In this document: positions 49,287 to 63,464 of the stretch, piece by piece
Layout: the number at the start of each line of letters is the position of its first letter
Position numbering within the stretch: the first letter of the stretch is position 1
Source: Macrostomum hystrix
Lineage: Eukaryota > Animalia > Platyhelminthes
Assembly: GCA_950097015.1 (NCBI GenBank)
Contig: CATNEN010000024.1
Location: 62,001-126,000, forward strand
DNA length: 64,000 nucleotides
Direction of reading: 5' to 3'
Position numbers and translations under genes: made by a program
Notes under the pieces: generated by a model
Databases searched by the model: none
Told to the model about the DNA's origin: nothing
What the model saw: the letters and a program-made list of their open reading frames with translations, nothing else

Positions 49287-49291
49287 CTTAG
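40996..49291 (+). CDS. Predicted ELAV-type RRM1-RRM2 / serine dehydratase-like fusion protein, about 785 aa; exons 40996-41004, 41083-41808, 43671-43885, 46378-46924, 48431-49291
   Basis: All introns are GT-AG and the summed length of 2358 nt is one open frame. The critical junction GG|gtgagc (43885) to ttatcag|A (46378) is phase 2/2. The first 9-nt exon is tentative. Confidence 0.62.
41083..43885 (+). CDS. elav: ELAV/Hu/Sex-lethal family RRM1 and RRM2 coding exons
   Basis: RTNLIINYLPQ...VVRDKQTGASLCYGFVDF...KKLRVAYA; NLYVSGIP...LFSRFG...SGLSKGVGFVTFD...NGLQ|GPEWPAPLLVKFA. These are diagnostic ELAV RRM signatures. Confidence 0.92.
43345..43641. repeat. 33-bp minisatellite TAGTACACTGAAGCACTGGGTCTCAGGGTTTTA
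   Basis: About 9 near-perfect copies end about 30 nt upstream of the exon at 43671. Confidence 0.95.
43946..44310. repeat. 31-bp minisatellite CCTGAGATTATCCAGCGCGGAGATTGTCTCA
   Basis: About 12 copies start about 60 nt after the donor at 43886. Confidence 0.95.
45645..46315. repeat. 26-bp minisatellite AAGTCATTATCTATGGCTGGAGTCTC, decaying to the right
   Basis: Tandem copies with variants; the array ends about 60 nt before the acceptor at 46377. Confidence 0.9.
46378..49291 (+). CDS. L-serine/threonine dehydratase (SDS/SDSL, fold-type II PLP)-like domain lacking the Schiff-base lysine
   Basis: LHIRTPLIES...KLENCQPTGSVCLRG; SSGNCGLACAYAAARLG; HPFDSEDVWAGY; PDAVVLPVSGGGLLSGIVAGL; IIAAETRG; TEPVCGAALAAVY; VTGG. 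Motif order is the same as in SDS. Confidence 0.9.
46950..47720. repeat. Degenerate 31-32-bp minisatellite (CTAACCGGTTCTTTGATCTTGCCGCC core)
   Basis: Recurrent aaccgg...gatcttgccgc modules start about 25 nt after the donor at 46925. Confidence 0.8.
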
Positions 49292-49394
49292 GAGGCGATA
49301 TGTTTAGAAATAGTAAAATAACTCTGGTTGCTGAAGAGCTACTCTATTTTAACAATGGCTAGAAAATTTGGATCAACATTTCACGATGAACTAA

Positions 49395-49510
49395 CTTTCA
49401 AAGCTGTCTAACATCAGCATCGTCTAAATATTTAGTGATTTATGTCGAAGACCTTGGTGACAAGGGCAACTAGCATTGCTCTGTGTTATCCTGTTAGGCG
49501 AAGAATCTAT
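49395..49510 (+). mobile_element. Headless fragment of the SINE family seen at 850-1023
   Basis: acatcagcatcgtc...gaagaccttggtgacaagggcaactagcattgctctgtg aligns with 930-1010. Confidence 0.55.
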
Positions 49511-49899
49511 ATTGGTTTAATAGTATAAAAATCAACACTATAACCAATTCATCATCATCAACAATAATAGCCGACTAAGTTTTGTCGATTGGTTGAATAG
49601 GTATTGAGCTACAAAGACTAATAATGTGTTAATTTTTCTGATGTTTTTCTGTTTGATAATTTTCTAAGCTATCCGTGTTGTCTGTTAATTTGGTTCCGTT
49701 TGATTTCATTTTTCAAATTTGCCCTATTTTTTAATTCAATTGCCTGTTTGAAAATCTATATAATTTCCTTTTATTGAATTTCCTATCCTCTCGCTCTGGC
49801 TCCTTTAATTTTCTACTAATACTGATATTTATTATTTGCTTTTTCTACCGTACCGTATATTTTGTACGGCTGACTCGAAGAACTATATTTTTTATACAC

Positions 49900-52720
49900 A
49901 CTACTTGTAACATTAGTATCATGTGGTTTTTATACGCTAGCTTTGAGGCTCATGGCTACAGGATCTATTGATGCCAATACCTTATTTGATGCTGATGATA
50001 ATAGTGCTTGCTTAGATGTTGATTGTACTTTTTGTTGTGGAGCGAGTATTACTTTTTCTGACCGATTTGGATCAACTAATTTAACGTCACATCCCGGTTT
50101 CAGCGTTACATGTGAAAAAGTATAGTGTTTCCATAGCATACCTGACTGCCAGCTGAGGTGTGTGCGTGTTTTCTATTTTCTACTAACTTTTCTATTATTA
50201 TATAGCCTGCTTTTCTATTTAGTATCAGACTGTTTTTTTTCTATTTCTTAGTTTTTTTTAGCTTTTTTTTTATTATCAATAATTTTGATTTTGTTTTATT
50301 TCGCTATCGTCCAAAACTTCTTGGTTCCTCCTCAAAGAAGCATAAAAGCTACTAAAAGGAAATTTTTTAGTTGGTTCATTACAGTCCATTGCAAAGCTGA
50401 ACTCCTTCTCCGGAGCAGTTGAGATATGAAATTCCTTTATTTATGGGATTGCATTGATTCTCCGCCTGTTGAATCTAGAAGTTGAAAATGCAACCATTTA
50501 TTACTAGAAAAGGTGCGTCATCGATTAATTAGAAAATGGTTTCAATCCCAGTTATTTATAATCAAGGATTAAAAGATTGCCATACTCGCTATTGAATGCA
50601 ATACATTATCGATTAATCGACAGGCTTAGAGGGCTTTTTCTACTTAACTTTCTTTTGTACTTCTTCACAGCTAATTTTTCTGTTGATTTATCCAGATACC
50701 CTAATTGGTTTTTAGTGAATTGGAATTTGCATCTTTAATAATAGTGCACTGTACAGCTGGTTACCAGTGCGCGTGATTCTAGTTTATCATGTGATTCAGC
50801 TTCGTAGAAACAGGCTAGAGAAGAGACCTATCTAACCACCTGAACTGTTTCTACTTCATTCATTTATGTTAAAATATTTTTATTGGTCTGTTTCTGTCAT
50901 AAATGCCATGGTATTACTTCTCCAAACCTTTCTCACCAATCATAATTGCGTAGTTATTTTTCTATTGTATACTACATTTTCTGATTCTTCTGCTCGACCC
51001 ATAGGTCCTTTTGATTTTTGCACCAGTTTTTTAGCATTCTATTTCAAAGAGGCGTAACGCATTATATGATTTAGCTCGTAAATATATGCACATTTCTGGC
51101 CATATTTGTTCTTTTTTTAACCTCTAGTCTTTTATTGGTTTACTCTTTCGTCATATCCATTCTCAGTTTCGCTGTTGCTTAAGTTTAGCTATTGCCGCCT
51201 CAAAGATTTTTACTTAGTATAAAAGTCCTACTCACTCGTACTCAACATTTACTTTAACTCCACCAACCACCTCACTCCGCCAGCCACCTCACACCGCCAG
51301 GCGCCAGCCACCTCACTCCACCAGCCAACTCACTCCGCCAGCCACCTAACACCGCCAGGCGCCAGCCACCTCATTCTACCAGCCACCTCACTCCGCCAGT
51401 CACCACCATCCGCCAACCACCTCACTCCATCAACCACCCCACTCCATCATCCACCTTAGCTTGCCCATGTAGTAGAATATTTGCAGTTCTTCAAACAGCA
51501 ATGGTACCCTTAGCCAAACACCGAAGAGTGTTTGTGATTGAGTTTTTGCTTGTGTCACGCTCTCGACCCAGAAATGGCAAAATTCTTTTTTTGTGTATTA
51601 CGCCACAATCTTTCTTTACAAAGCAAGTATCCATAAATATTTATTGACTTTATTTTGTTACAAAATTGTTATACATTTTCTTCTTCTATTGGTCTAATCC
51701 GGTAAAAATTGTGTTTTTTTAAAACAAATTTGAAAACTTGAATTATTTCATCCAGGTCACCTTCTATTTTAAATGGAGATTGTTTCTCTTTATTAGTTTT
51801 CTTAGCTTTAATTTCAATATTTTATTGTTTCTTTGGTGGGCGAATCTCTGCGTGTCATATTTTAGTGTTTTGTTTGTTTTCTACATTTCTTTCTTTTCTT
51901 AGCAAACAATAACATATAATGCTATGTTAGCCTTCTCTACTAAGTGAGTAGTATCTATTCTATGCTATGTAAAGTAGGAAAAAGTTTTTTTATAAAAAAT
52001 GTGCACTAATTTTTGGAAGATAACTTTGCATCCAATTTTCAGCTCTCTGTTTATTTGTTAATAAATCAGGTTTATCTGATACTCGTATAAAAAGTTATTT
52101 TCAAATTCTGTTTCTTTAATTTGTACTGTAGTTCGAGCAAACTATTTTGAATGCTTTTTATCCTTCAGTTAAATTTCAGTTCAATTGTGTATAACTGTCG
52201 GGTTTTTTTCGCTTTTTTATTTAAACTGCCGAAATTGTTTGCGTCTAATTTGTAATATATGATATTCCTTTTCTGCAATACAGATACAACTGATTTAGCC
52301 TGGTTTGTTTAATTCATTGTTTCCATTTTTTCACTTCTTTAGTGTCTATTTTTTGTTTCGATTTTTATACTTCTAATTTCTTCGCTAATTTTTCAGTTGT
52401 TTTATTGCTTCAGTTTTTTTGTTTGAATTTAAAGTATAATTTATTGAATTTTTATTTGAATTAATCTCCGTTTATCTAGCTAAAGATAGTTTTCTACCTG
52501 AACCGGGTGGATAATATGAATTGACTAACTAAACCATGTTAACTGATGATTAATTTCTGTTGCAAATTTCTGCGATTTTATCTGTTTTTTTCTACTGAAT
52601 AAAAATTGATTATATCTGCTTTTTTACTTCTGTTTCTTTGTTTTTCACCTTTTTGTTCTTTGTTTATCAAAAAAATCTACTTTCAAATACAAACAAAATA
52701 AACTATTATGAGATTATATT
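49900..52720 (-). pseudogene. Possible highly degraded non-LTR retrotransposon ORF2 remnant
   Basis: About 2.8 kb of strongly A-rich minus strand with stop-riddled protein-like stretches, including VDFLI and LVNSYYPPG (APE-endonuclease-like). No catalytic motif can be confirmed. Confidence 0.3.
51258..51455. repeat. 17-bp C-rich minisatellite CCAGCCACCTCACTCCG
   Basis: About 11 imperfect copies inside AT-rich DNA. Confidence 0.85.
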
Positions 52721-52834
52721 TATATTTATATCTATTAATTTCCTTTGCACGATTCAAATGGAACTGCACTCGTGTTTGTGTCACTCTAGTCGTTCATTTC
52801 TCCTGTATCAGTTGTAACTGAGTGAGATTAGGCC

Positions 52835-54321
52835 TATCTAGATGTCCATTAGAGATTATCTAGATGTCCATTAGAGATTATCTAGATGTCCATTAGAGAT
52901 TATCTAGATGTCCATTAGAGATTATCTAGATGTCCATTAGAGATTATCTAGATGTCCATTAGAGATTATCTGGATGTTAATTAGAGATTATCTAGATGTC
53001 CATTAGAGATTATCTAGATGTCCATTAGAGATTATCTAGATGTCCATTAGAGATTATCTAGATGTCCATTAGAGATTATCTAGATGTCCATTAGAGATTA
53101 TCTGGATGTTCATTAGAGATTATCTAGATGTCCATTAGAGGTTATCTAGATGTCCATTAGAGGTTATCTAGATGTCCATTAGAGATTATCTAGATGTCCA
53201 TTAGAGATTATCTAGATGTCCATTAGAGATTATCTAGATGTCCATTAGAGATTATCTAGATGTCCATTAGAGGTTATCTAGATGTCCATTAGAGATTATC
53301 TAGATGTCCATTAGAGATTATCTAGATGTCCATTAGAGATTATCTAGATGTCCATTAGAGATTATCTAGATGTCCATTAGAGATTATCTAGATGTCCATT
53401 AGAGATTATCTGGATGTTCATTAGAGATTATCTAGATGTCCATTAGAGATTATCTGGATGTTCATTAGAGATTATCTAGATGTCCATTAGAGATTATCTG
53501 GATGTTCATTAGAAATTATCTAGATGTCCATTAGAGATTATCTAGATGTCCATTAGAGATTATCTAGATGTCCATTAGAGATTATCTAGATGTCCATTAG
53601 AGGTTATCTAGATGTCCATTAGAGGTTATCTAGATGTCCATTAGAGGTTATCTAGATGTCCATTAGAGATTATCTGGATGTCCATTAGAGATTATCTAGA
53701 TGTCCATTAGAGATTATCTAGATGTCCATTAGAGATTATCTAGATGTCCATTAGAGATTATCTAGATGTCCATTAGAGATTATCTAGATGTCCATTAGAG
53801 ATTATCTAGATGTTCATTAGAGATTATCTAGATGTCCATTAGAGATTATCTAGATGTCCATTAGAGATTATCTAGATGTCCATTAGAGGTTATCTAGATG
53901 TCCATTAGAGATTATCTAGATGTCCATTAGAGGTTATCTAGATGTCCATTAGAGATTATCTGGATGTCCATTAGAGATTATCTAGATGTCCATTAGAGAT
54001 TATCTAGATATCCATTAGAGATTATCTAGATGTCCATTAGAGATTATCTAGATGTCCATTAGAGATTATCTGGATGTTCATTAGAGATTATCTAGATGTC
54101 CATTAGAGATTATCTAGATGTCCATTAGAGATTATCTAGATGTCCATTAGAGGTTATCTAGATGTCCATTAGAGATTATCTAGATGTCCATTAGAGGTTA
54201 TCTAGATGTCCATTAGAGATTATCTGGATGTCCATTAGAGATTATCTAGATGTCCATTAGAGATTATCTAGATGTCCATTAGAGATTATCTAGATGTCCA
54301 TTAGAGATTATCTAGATGTCC
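52835..54321. repeat. 22-bp satellite TAGATGTCCATTAGAGATTATC
   Basis: About 67 highly homogeneous copies; most contain TCTAGA. Confidence 0.97.
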
Positions 54322-55387
54322 AATAAAGGCTTTTGGATTTGGATCTTTTTGGGTTAATTGAGTGAGATTATCGTGATTATCTTTGAAATATTACGTCTAC
54401 CAATGACTGATTATCAATCAGATTATCAGTGAGAGATTGCGCCACTATCAACTAGAGTTTGTCAAGGCCATCAGTAAGAGATTATTCAGATAATCCAAGA
54501 GAATTTACAGAAACGCTGAGTTACAGTTGACAGGTATTCAAGCTTCTATACTCAGTCTCTTATCCTCCGATTGAAGAGGATAATGCGGTGCCGAGTGAAA
54601 GCCAATTGATATTATCTCTGTCCCTGGCTGTCTGGTACTGTGGACCAATCCCAAAGCGGCTAGACAGCATTTGTAGTGGCCCTCCTAAATGCACAGAATG
54701 AGAGAAAGAACGAGCGAAACACAAATTCATCAGCAGCTTGGAAATTGGAAGCTACCACTAGATTTTAATCAACTCTCACTGCCAAACTGAAGCAGCGGCG
54801 GCAGCAGCAGCAGCAGCATCAGGCTCAGTAAAATATACTCCTTCAGGTAACAAAGAAAGCGTAGAACAAGAATTGAGAGAACTGAAACAGCCCCACTTAC
54901 TCTTTATTGCTGCATGGAGTTAATTTAGCGCACAATAGTCGGGCGGTTTAGTCACACACACACAATCTCTTTCTCTACTCACGACTAAATTCCAGTGTGC
55001 GAATCGCCATGCAATATGACAATACAAAGCACGACAATTAAATGAAAGAGAGAGCGAAAGAGAGAAAGAAACAATCACTCGACGAATTATAATATAAGAG
55101 ACAAGGCGAGACAGGCGCCAAAGCAAATAAATTATTATATATAGGCGCTGGGTGGGTGGTTTTACACTTGCAATTACTTTTACCAACTCTCGCTTCTGAC
55201 TAGAAGATTAAATAGGAGTATCTACTACTTTTCTTGTCCGGTAAGTGCCGCCATTTATATGCGGGGATCATTGCGTGTGGATTAAATTGTGTTCAAGGTT
55301 TCCCATTTTTCGTTGCTTTGCAAACCTTTTTGTTAAAATCGTCATGTTTTCTCACCACCAGGTTCCTCAGATTATTTGATTCAGGCT

Positions 55388-56700
55388 TATTAAAGTATCA
55401 CCTTCATGCATTAGATTCTCTCCTTCAGGTCCTGAAAAATCTCAAATGGAGGTTCATTAGATTCTCTCCTTCAGGTCCTGAAAAATCTCAAATTGAGGTT
55501 CATTAGATTCTCTCCTTCAGGTCCTGAAAAATCTCAAATTGAGGTTCATTAGATTCTCTCCTTCAGGTCCTGAAAAATCTCAAATTGAGGTTCATTATAT
55601 TCTCCCATTCATGTTGATTAGATTCTCATCTTCAGGTTCATTCGATTCTCATCTTCAGGTTCATTAGATTCTCATCTTCAGGTTCATTAGATTCTCATCT
55701 TCAGGTTCATTAGATTCTCATCTTCAGGTTCATTAGATTCTCATATTCAGGTACATTCGATTCTCATCTTCAGGTTCATTAGATTCTCATCTTCAGGTTC
55801 ATTAGATTCTCATCTTCAGGTTCATTAGATTCTCATCTTCAGGTTCATTAGATTCTCATCTTCAGGTTCATTAGATTCTCATATTCAGGTTCATCAGATT
55901 CTCATATTCAGGTACATTAGATTCTCATATTCAGGTTCAATCGATTTTTATCTTCAGGTTCATTAGATTCTCATATTCAGGTTCATCAGATTCTCATATT
56001 CAGGTACATTAGATTCTCATATTCAGGTACATTCGATTCTCATCTTCAGGTTCATTAGATTCTCATCTTCAGGTTCATTAGATTCTCATCTTCAGGTTCA
56101 TTAGATTCTCATCTTCAGGTTCATTAGATTCTCATATTCAGGTACATTCGATTCTCATCTTCAGGTTCATTAGATTCTCATCTTCAGGTTCATTAGATTC
56201 TCATATTCAGGTACATTAGATTCTCATATTCAGGTACATTCGATTCTCATATTCAGGTACATTAGATTCTCATATTCAGGTACATTCGATTCTCATCTTC
56301 AGGTTCATTAGATTCTCATCTTCAGGTTCATTAGATTCTCATATTCAGGTACATTAGATTCTCATATTCAGGTACATTCGATTCTCATCTTCAGGTTCAT
56401 TAGATTCTCATCTTCAGGTTCATTAGATTCTCATATTCAGGTACATTAGATTCTCATATTCAGGTACATTCGATTCTCATATTCAGGTACATTAGATTCT
56501 CATATTCAGGTACATTCGATTCTCATATTCAGGTACATTAGATTCTCATATTCAGGTACATTCGATTCTCATCTTCAGTTTCATTAGATTCTCATCTTCA
56601 GGTTCATTAGATTCTCATATTCAGGTACATTAGATTCTCACCTTCAGGTTCATTCGATTTTCATCTTCAGGTTCATTAGATTCTCTCCTTCAGGTCCTGA
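55388..56700. repeat. 23-bp satellite CATTAGATTCTCATCTTCAGGTT with 46-bp dimeric units at the left edge
   Basis: About four 46-mers (55405-55600) then about 47 23-mers with recurring variant combinations. Confidence 0.95.
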
Positions 56701-57359
56701 AAATTCTCACCTTCAGATTTAGATTAAGATTTAAACCTTTATATTAGTGCTTCAAATCAGAGGATCAGATTGAAAATTTCCACGTTCCGCATTTCCCGAT
56801 TTGAAATCAGAACACCATTTTTTCCTTTAAACTAAGCTCACACTTTCTTAGAATCGATAAGCAGTTTACTTTTGCTCATCTAGTCGGGCCCGCATATACC
56901 AGCTCGCAGATAGCAAGTAATAACAAATTAGATTTAGTCATCGGTCAGGTCAATTTGGAGCTAATTTGGTTCGCTAAATTTCAATTTATCTCAAAACAAG
57001 CAGGAAGGAGGGCTGTCCATTGCGCAATCCTAGAATTGCTGATGTGTAGTAAAAATACTTGAAGTGCTTCCCAAATTGAGTTGGGATATTCTAGAAAATG
57101 GGACAGAATTCCCAGGAAACTCAAATGGTGACAGGATCGCTAATGAAGTGAGCAACTTTTGGAGGCCAGCTCCAGATTCAATGCTAAACCGCGGCGCGAT
57201 TTGAGGATAAACTTGTTGCCTATGGGATGAAAAATAATTTTGTCACTGCACTGCTGGGCGAGAAAATCTTATTTGCTTATTTGCTTTCAACAAGTTTGCG
57301 TACAGAACCTTGAAGTGTCCCAAAATGAGCGAGATTAACTAGAGGCTTTGGTGAGACAA

Positions 57360-58735
<1,376 letters not shown>

Positions 58736-58807
58736 TACGTATGTAATCAATCCAAGCCACTCAATTTTCGCCAATTGTGTAAAGCAGTGCACATTTCTGG
58801 TATGATT

Positions 58808-59325
58808 GTGCAGTAACCTGTGAGTTCGGGTTAAAGTTGATGCTGTGCAGTAACCTGTGAGTTCGGGCCAAAGTTGATGCTGTGCAGTAACCTGTGAGTT
58901 CGGGCCAAAGTTGATGCTGTGCAGTAACCTGTGAGTTCGGGCCAAAGTTGATCCTGTGCAGTAACCTGTGAGTTCGGGCCAAAGTTGATCCTGTGCAGTA
59001 ACCTGTGAGTTCGGGTTAAAGTTGATCCTGTGCAGTAACCTGTGAGTTCGGGCCAAAGTTGATGCTGTGCAGTAACCTGTGAGTTCGGGTTAAAGTTGAT
59101 CCTGTGCAGTAACCTGTGAGTTCGGGCCAAAGTTGATGCTGTGCAGTAACCTGTGAGTTCGGGTTAAAGTTGATCCTGTGCAGTAACCTGTGAGTTCGGG
59201 CCAAAGTTGATGCTGTGCAGTAACCTGTGAGTTCGGGCCAAAGTTGATGCTGTGCAGTAATCTGTGAGTTCGGGCCAAAGTTGATCCTGTGCAGTAACCT
59301 GTGAGTTCGGGCCAAAGTTGATGCA
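58808..59325. repeat. 37-bp minisatellite GTGCAGTAACCTGTGAGTTCGGGCCAAAGTTGATGCT
   Basis: About 14 contiguous copies with no spacers. Confidence 0.96.
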
Positions 59326-60957
59326 ATCGCTTTAAACAGCTGCACTAAAAACGTGCGGTCTACAAAAATTTCTGCTAGTCGAGTCTTGTTCCAACCATGC
59401 GGGGGGTCCTGTGACAGACAATGAGAACTGCAGAGTAGATGATAAATGTTTTAATTGAGTGAAGTGGGTTTGGCCGGGTTCTCACTATGTGCTCAGTGAA
59501 AACGGCTAGCATTTTTTCTCAGGTTGTTGGCAAATAAAATGATCTGTTCTTCTTTCTGATACATTTCTTTTGCACATAGCAACTATCTATATTTGTGGCA
59601 TTTCGTATTTTCTTGATTCTATTGCTCGAAGCACGCCTCAATGTTGACACTGATAAAACATGAACACTCGCGCCTATAGACAGGCCAGATCAGACGCGAT
59701 TGCTTCTGCTAAAAGGCAGAAAGCTTCAGGTAAATTTAAGAGAAACTATTCTACTTTCTAAATAAAAAACCAATTTGAAAATGGGTCTAATTGTATAGGA
59801 CCATTATGCCGCTCGTTTTAATACCAATGGGAATTTCCCCCTGACAATTTTTGTGGTTCTTCTGAAACAAAAATCAAGTCGCCAGCCCTTCAGACCGTCG
59901 AGACATTCAATGTTTCTGGCCGAAGGTCCGATTTTTCCCATAAGAACTAGTGTATTTCATGCACCCCTGTACACGAATTTGCACTTCGACCTTCAAAATT
60001 TATCAGCACGTCACCCGAATGTGCCTGTATCATCTCCGTCTTCGGTGGTCACTCAACTTTATCTAGACGGAGCTGCTGGACCTTCAGCAAGTAATAGTCG
60101 AGTTTAGGCCAATCCATAGCCAGCTGGAAGCACTCTGCTGACGTGCTTCCAGTACGGATGCCACGGTGCTAACGGCGTCGGGGTGGTGACTGATTGGTTG
60201 ACAGACTAGACGAGGGTCCTGTGCTGCAACTTGGAGGTTGGCTTGGTAGTTCTACTGTTAATCTGTTCTGATAGTTGCACAAAGCTCCGTGGTTGATATA
60301 TGAATTGCATCATCACTGCTGACTGATGAGCTGAATATTTCTGTTGTTGGGGCGGCCAGAACCCGGGGCAGTGTCCTGGAGTAAAATAATCCAAGGAAGA
60401 AATCTGAAATCAGATAAGCTGTTTGGCGCTTTGAAAAGATTTCCAAAAAAATTTAGAAAGGGGTGGAGAAAGACGAATGAGAAAGCTGAAATTCTTGCAT
60501 TTTTTATTTCTCATTGTGTAGCGCCATTGCGTCTGCTTTTACCTTTAGTTGTTATCTCGAAGCGAAATCGCAAATAGCAATATTTTGTTTTCCGCCAACC
60601 CGGGCGACAAATTTATGATTATAAGCAATACTTAATTATACTCGTAGTTGCTAGGCCAAGCAGTAACCTATGTAGACAAGCATCTGAACCAGTTTGTTTG
60701 AAATCGTAACAAATTTTTGAACAAAAAAACAGCCAGAGATCAGATCGTGAAGTCTTATATGCTTGGTTTTTCTAAACCAATGTAAATATATCGGCTTAGT
60801 GTGATGTAGCTGCAGCATCCTACTATGGATTTTTGTGGCTTACAGAAAATAAACATTCAGTTCACAACATTTAACGCATAAATACGAAAATAAAAGCGGA
60901 ATATAAGTTTCGTCTGCAGCGTTTGTTTATGATGAGGGTTAGGGTTAGGAAGGTGAG

Positions 60958-62745
60958 GTGTAGAAAGAGCTAGAGAGGTGTAGAAAGAGCTAGAGAGGGG
61001 TAGAAAGAGCTAGAGAAGGGTTGAAAGAGCTAGAGAGGTGTAGAAAGAGCTAGAGAGATGTAGAAAGAGCTAGAGAGGGGGTAGAAAGAGCTAGAGAGGT
61101 GTAGAAAGAGCTAGAGAGGGGTAGAAAGAGCTAGAGAGGGGTAGAAAGAGCTAGCTAGAGAGGTATAGAAAGAGCTAGAGAGTGGTTGAAAGAGCTAGAG
61201 AGGGGTAGAAAGAGCTAGAGAGGGGTAGAAAGAGCTAGAGAGGGGTGGAAAGAGCTAGAGAGGGGGTAGAAAGAGCTAGAGAGGTGTAGAAAGAGCTAGA
61301 GAGGGGGTAGAAAGAGCTAGAGAGGGGTAGAAAGAGCTAGAGAAGGGTTGAAAGAGCTAGAGAGGTGTAGAAAGAGCTAGAGAGGTGTAGAAAGAGCTAG
61401 AGAGGTGTAGAAAGAGCTAGAGAGGGGTAGAAAGAGCTAGAGAGGGGTAGAAAGAGCTAGCTAGAGAGGTGTAGAAAGAGCTAGCTAGAGAGGTATAGAA
61501 AGAGCTAGAGAGTGGTTGAAAGAGCTAGAGAGGGGTAGAAAGAGCTAGAGAGGGGTAGAAAGAGCTAGAGAGGGGTGGAAAGAGCTAGAGAGGGGGTAGA
61601 AAGAGCTAGAGAGGTGTAGAAAGAGCTAGAGAGGGGGTAGAAAGAGCTAGAGAGGGGTAGAAAGAGCTAGAGAAGGGTTGAAAGAGCTAGAGAGGTGTAG
61701 AAAGAGCTAGAGAGGTGTAGAAAGAGCTAGAGAGGTGTAGAAAGAGCTAGAGAGGGGTAGAAAGAGCTAGAGAGGGGTAGAAAGAGCTAGCTAGAGAGGT
61801 GTAGAAAGAGCTAGAGAGAGGTTGAAAGAGCTAGAGAGGGGTAGAAAGAGCTAGAGAGGGGTAGAAAGAGCTAGAGAGGGGTGGAAAGAGCTAGAGAGGG
61901 GGTAGAAAGAGCTAGAGAGGTGTAGAAAGAGCTAGAGAGGTGTAGAAAGAGCTAGAGAGGTGTAGAAAGAGCTAGAGAGGTGTAGAAAGAGCTAGAGAGG
62001 TGTAGAAAGAGCTAGAGAGGTGTAGAAAGAGCTAGAGAGGTGTAGAAAGAGCTAGAGAGGTGTAGAAAGAGCTAGAGAGGTGTAGAAAGAGCTAGAGAGG
62101 GGTAGAAAGAGCTAGAGAGGGGTAGAAAGAGCTAGCTAGAGAGGTGTAGAAAGAGCTAGAGAGAGGTTGAAAGAGCTAGAGAGGGGTAGAAAGAGCTAGA
62201 GAGGGGTAGAAAGAGCTAGAGAGGGGTGGAAAGAGCTAGAGAGGGGGTAGAAAGAGCTAGAGAGGTGTAGAAAGAGCTAGAGATGGGGTAGAAAGAGCTA
62301 GAGAGGGGTAGAAAGAGCTAGAGAGGTGTAGAAAGAGCTAGAGAGGGGTAGAAAGAGCTAGAGAGGGTAGAAAGAGCTAGCTATAGAGGTGTAGAAAGAG
62401 CTAGAGAGAGGTTGAAAGAGCTAGAGAGGGGTAGAAAGAGCTAGAGAGGTGTAGAAAGAGCTAGAGAGGGGGTAGAAAGAGCTAGAGAGGTGTAGAAAGA
62501 GCTAGAGAGGGGGTAGAAAGAGCTAGAGAGGGGTAGAAAGAGCTAGAGAGGGGTAGAAAGAGCTAGAGAGGTGTAGAAAGAGCTAGAAAGGGATTGAAAG
62601 AGCTAGAGAGAAGTTGAAAGAGCCAGAGAGGTGTAGAAAGAGCTAGAGAGGTGTAGAAAGAGCTAGAGCGGTGTAGAAAGAGCTAGAGAGGTGGTAAGAA
62701 AGAGCTAGAGAGAGGTAGAAAGTGCTAGAGAGGGGCAGAAAAGGC
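60958..62745. repeat. 20-bp purine-rich satellite TAGAAAGAGCTAGAGAGG(T/G)G
   Basis: About 88 copies. The plus strand is strongly A/G-biased, and longer variant blocks are repeated. Confidence 0.97.
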
Positions 62746-63464
62746 TAGAAAGGGTTAATTTTATACCTCTCGTGAGTTAGAGAGGGTAGAAATAGTTTGA
62801 CTGGGGTTAAGAGAGTAAGAGAAAAGAAGGATAATTAGAGTAAACGAAAGAGAGGGTAGAATTAATGATAATTCAAATGAATCTAATTGTGTAATTTATT
62901 GATTTCATGCACAAAAAAGCAGATTTCATTGACCCTAGTTTAAACTGGTATTCAATTTGTTAAAGTGCTTTGCTTCCGTGCCCGTTCGCCCTGATCCCAT
63001 AATCCCACTACTGTCTTTGTCAATCAGATTCTCCCTGTTCCCAACTGGGATCTAATATCTAATAGCCATGCGCCGAATGTGGAAGCAGAAGTGGCCACTT
63101 ATGATATTTCAAACTGGCACAGTTCGTTTTCATTCGTGTTTTTTCATGGGTTTTCCTGCGTCTTCTGGGGGCAGCAGCTTGGAGGTTGCACGAGTAAATA
63201 TTTAGTCAAGCAGCGGGTAGCAATGTCAGCCTTCAGCAATGCCCTAAGCAGGTTTTATGGTTTGGACAAGTTGCTCTGGTTTGACCCTTGGTCAGTTAAG
63301 ATCTGGGACAATAGTAGATCAAGGCCGAGATTGATGGGGTCAATATGAAGTTTCTATTAATTCCGATATTGCGCAAAGCTTTTGTGCATTATTGTTCCAG
63401 CAAAGGGACATTGTTGTCTAACTGATAACACGATAAGAATGGCAGAAATCATAAATGGAATGCG

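Noticed and set aside
54480-55200. Possible exons (GCA repeats, cag|gtaac donor) and GC-richer DNA at 59640-60300
   Set aside because: No convincing ORF, domain or phase-consistent exon chain could be assembled.
58808-59325. 37-bp repeats (and the 31/33-bp arrays) as CRISPR arrays
   Set aside because: Units are directly contiguous with no unique spacers, there are no cas genes, and the context is eukaryotic.
63090-63400. RT-like remnant GIAEG*HCYPLLD*IF on the minus strand
   Set aside because: Only a vague likeness to the GxxQGxxLSP motif, with multiple stops and no YADD.
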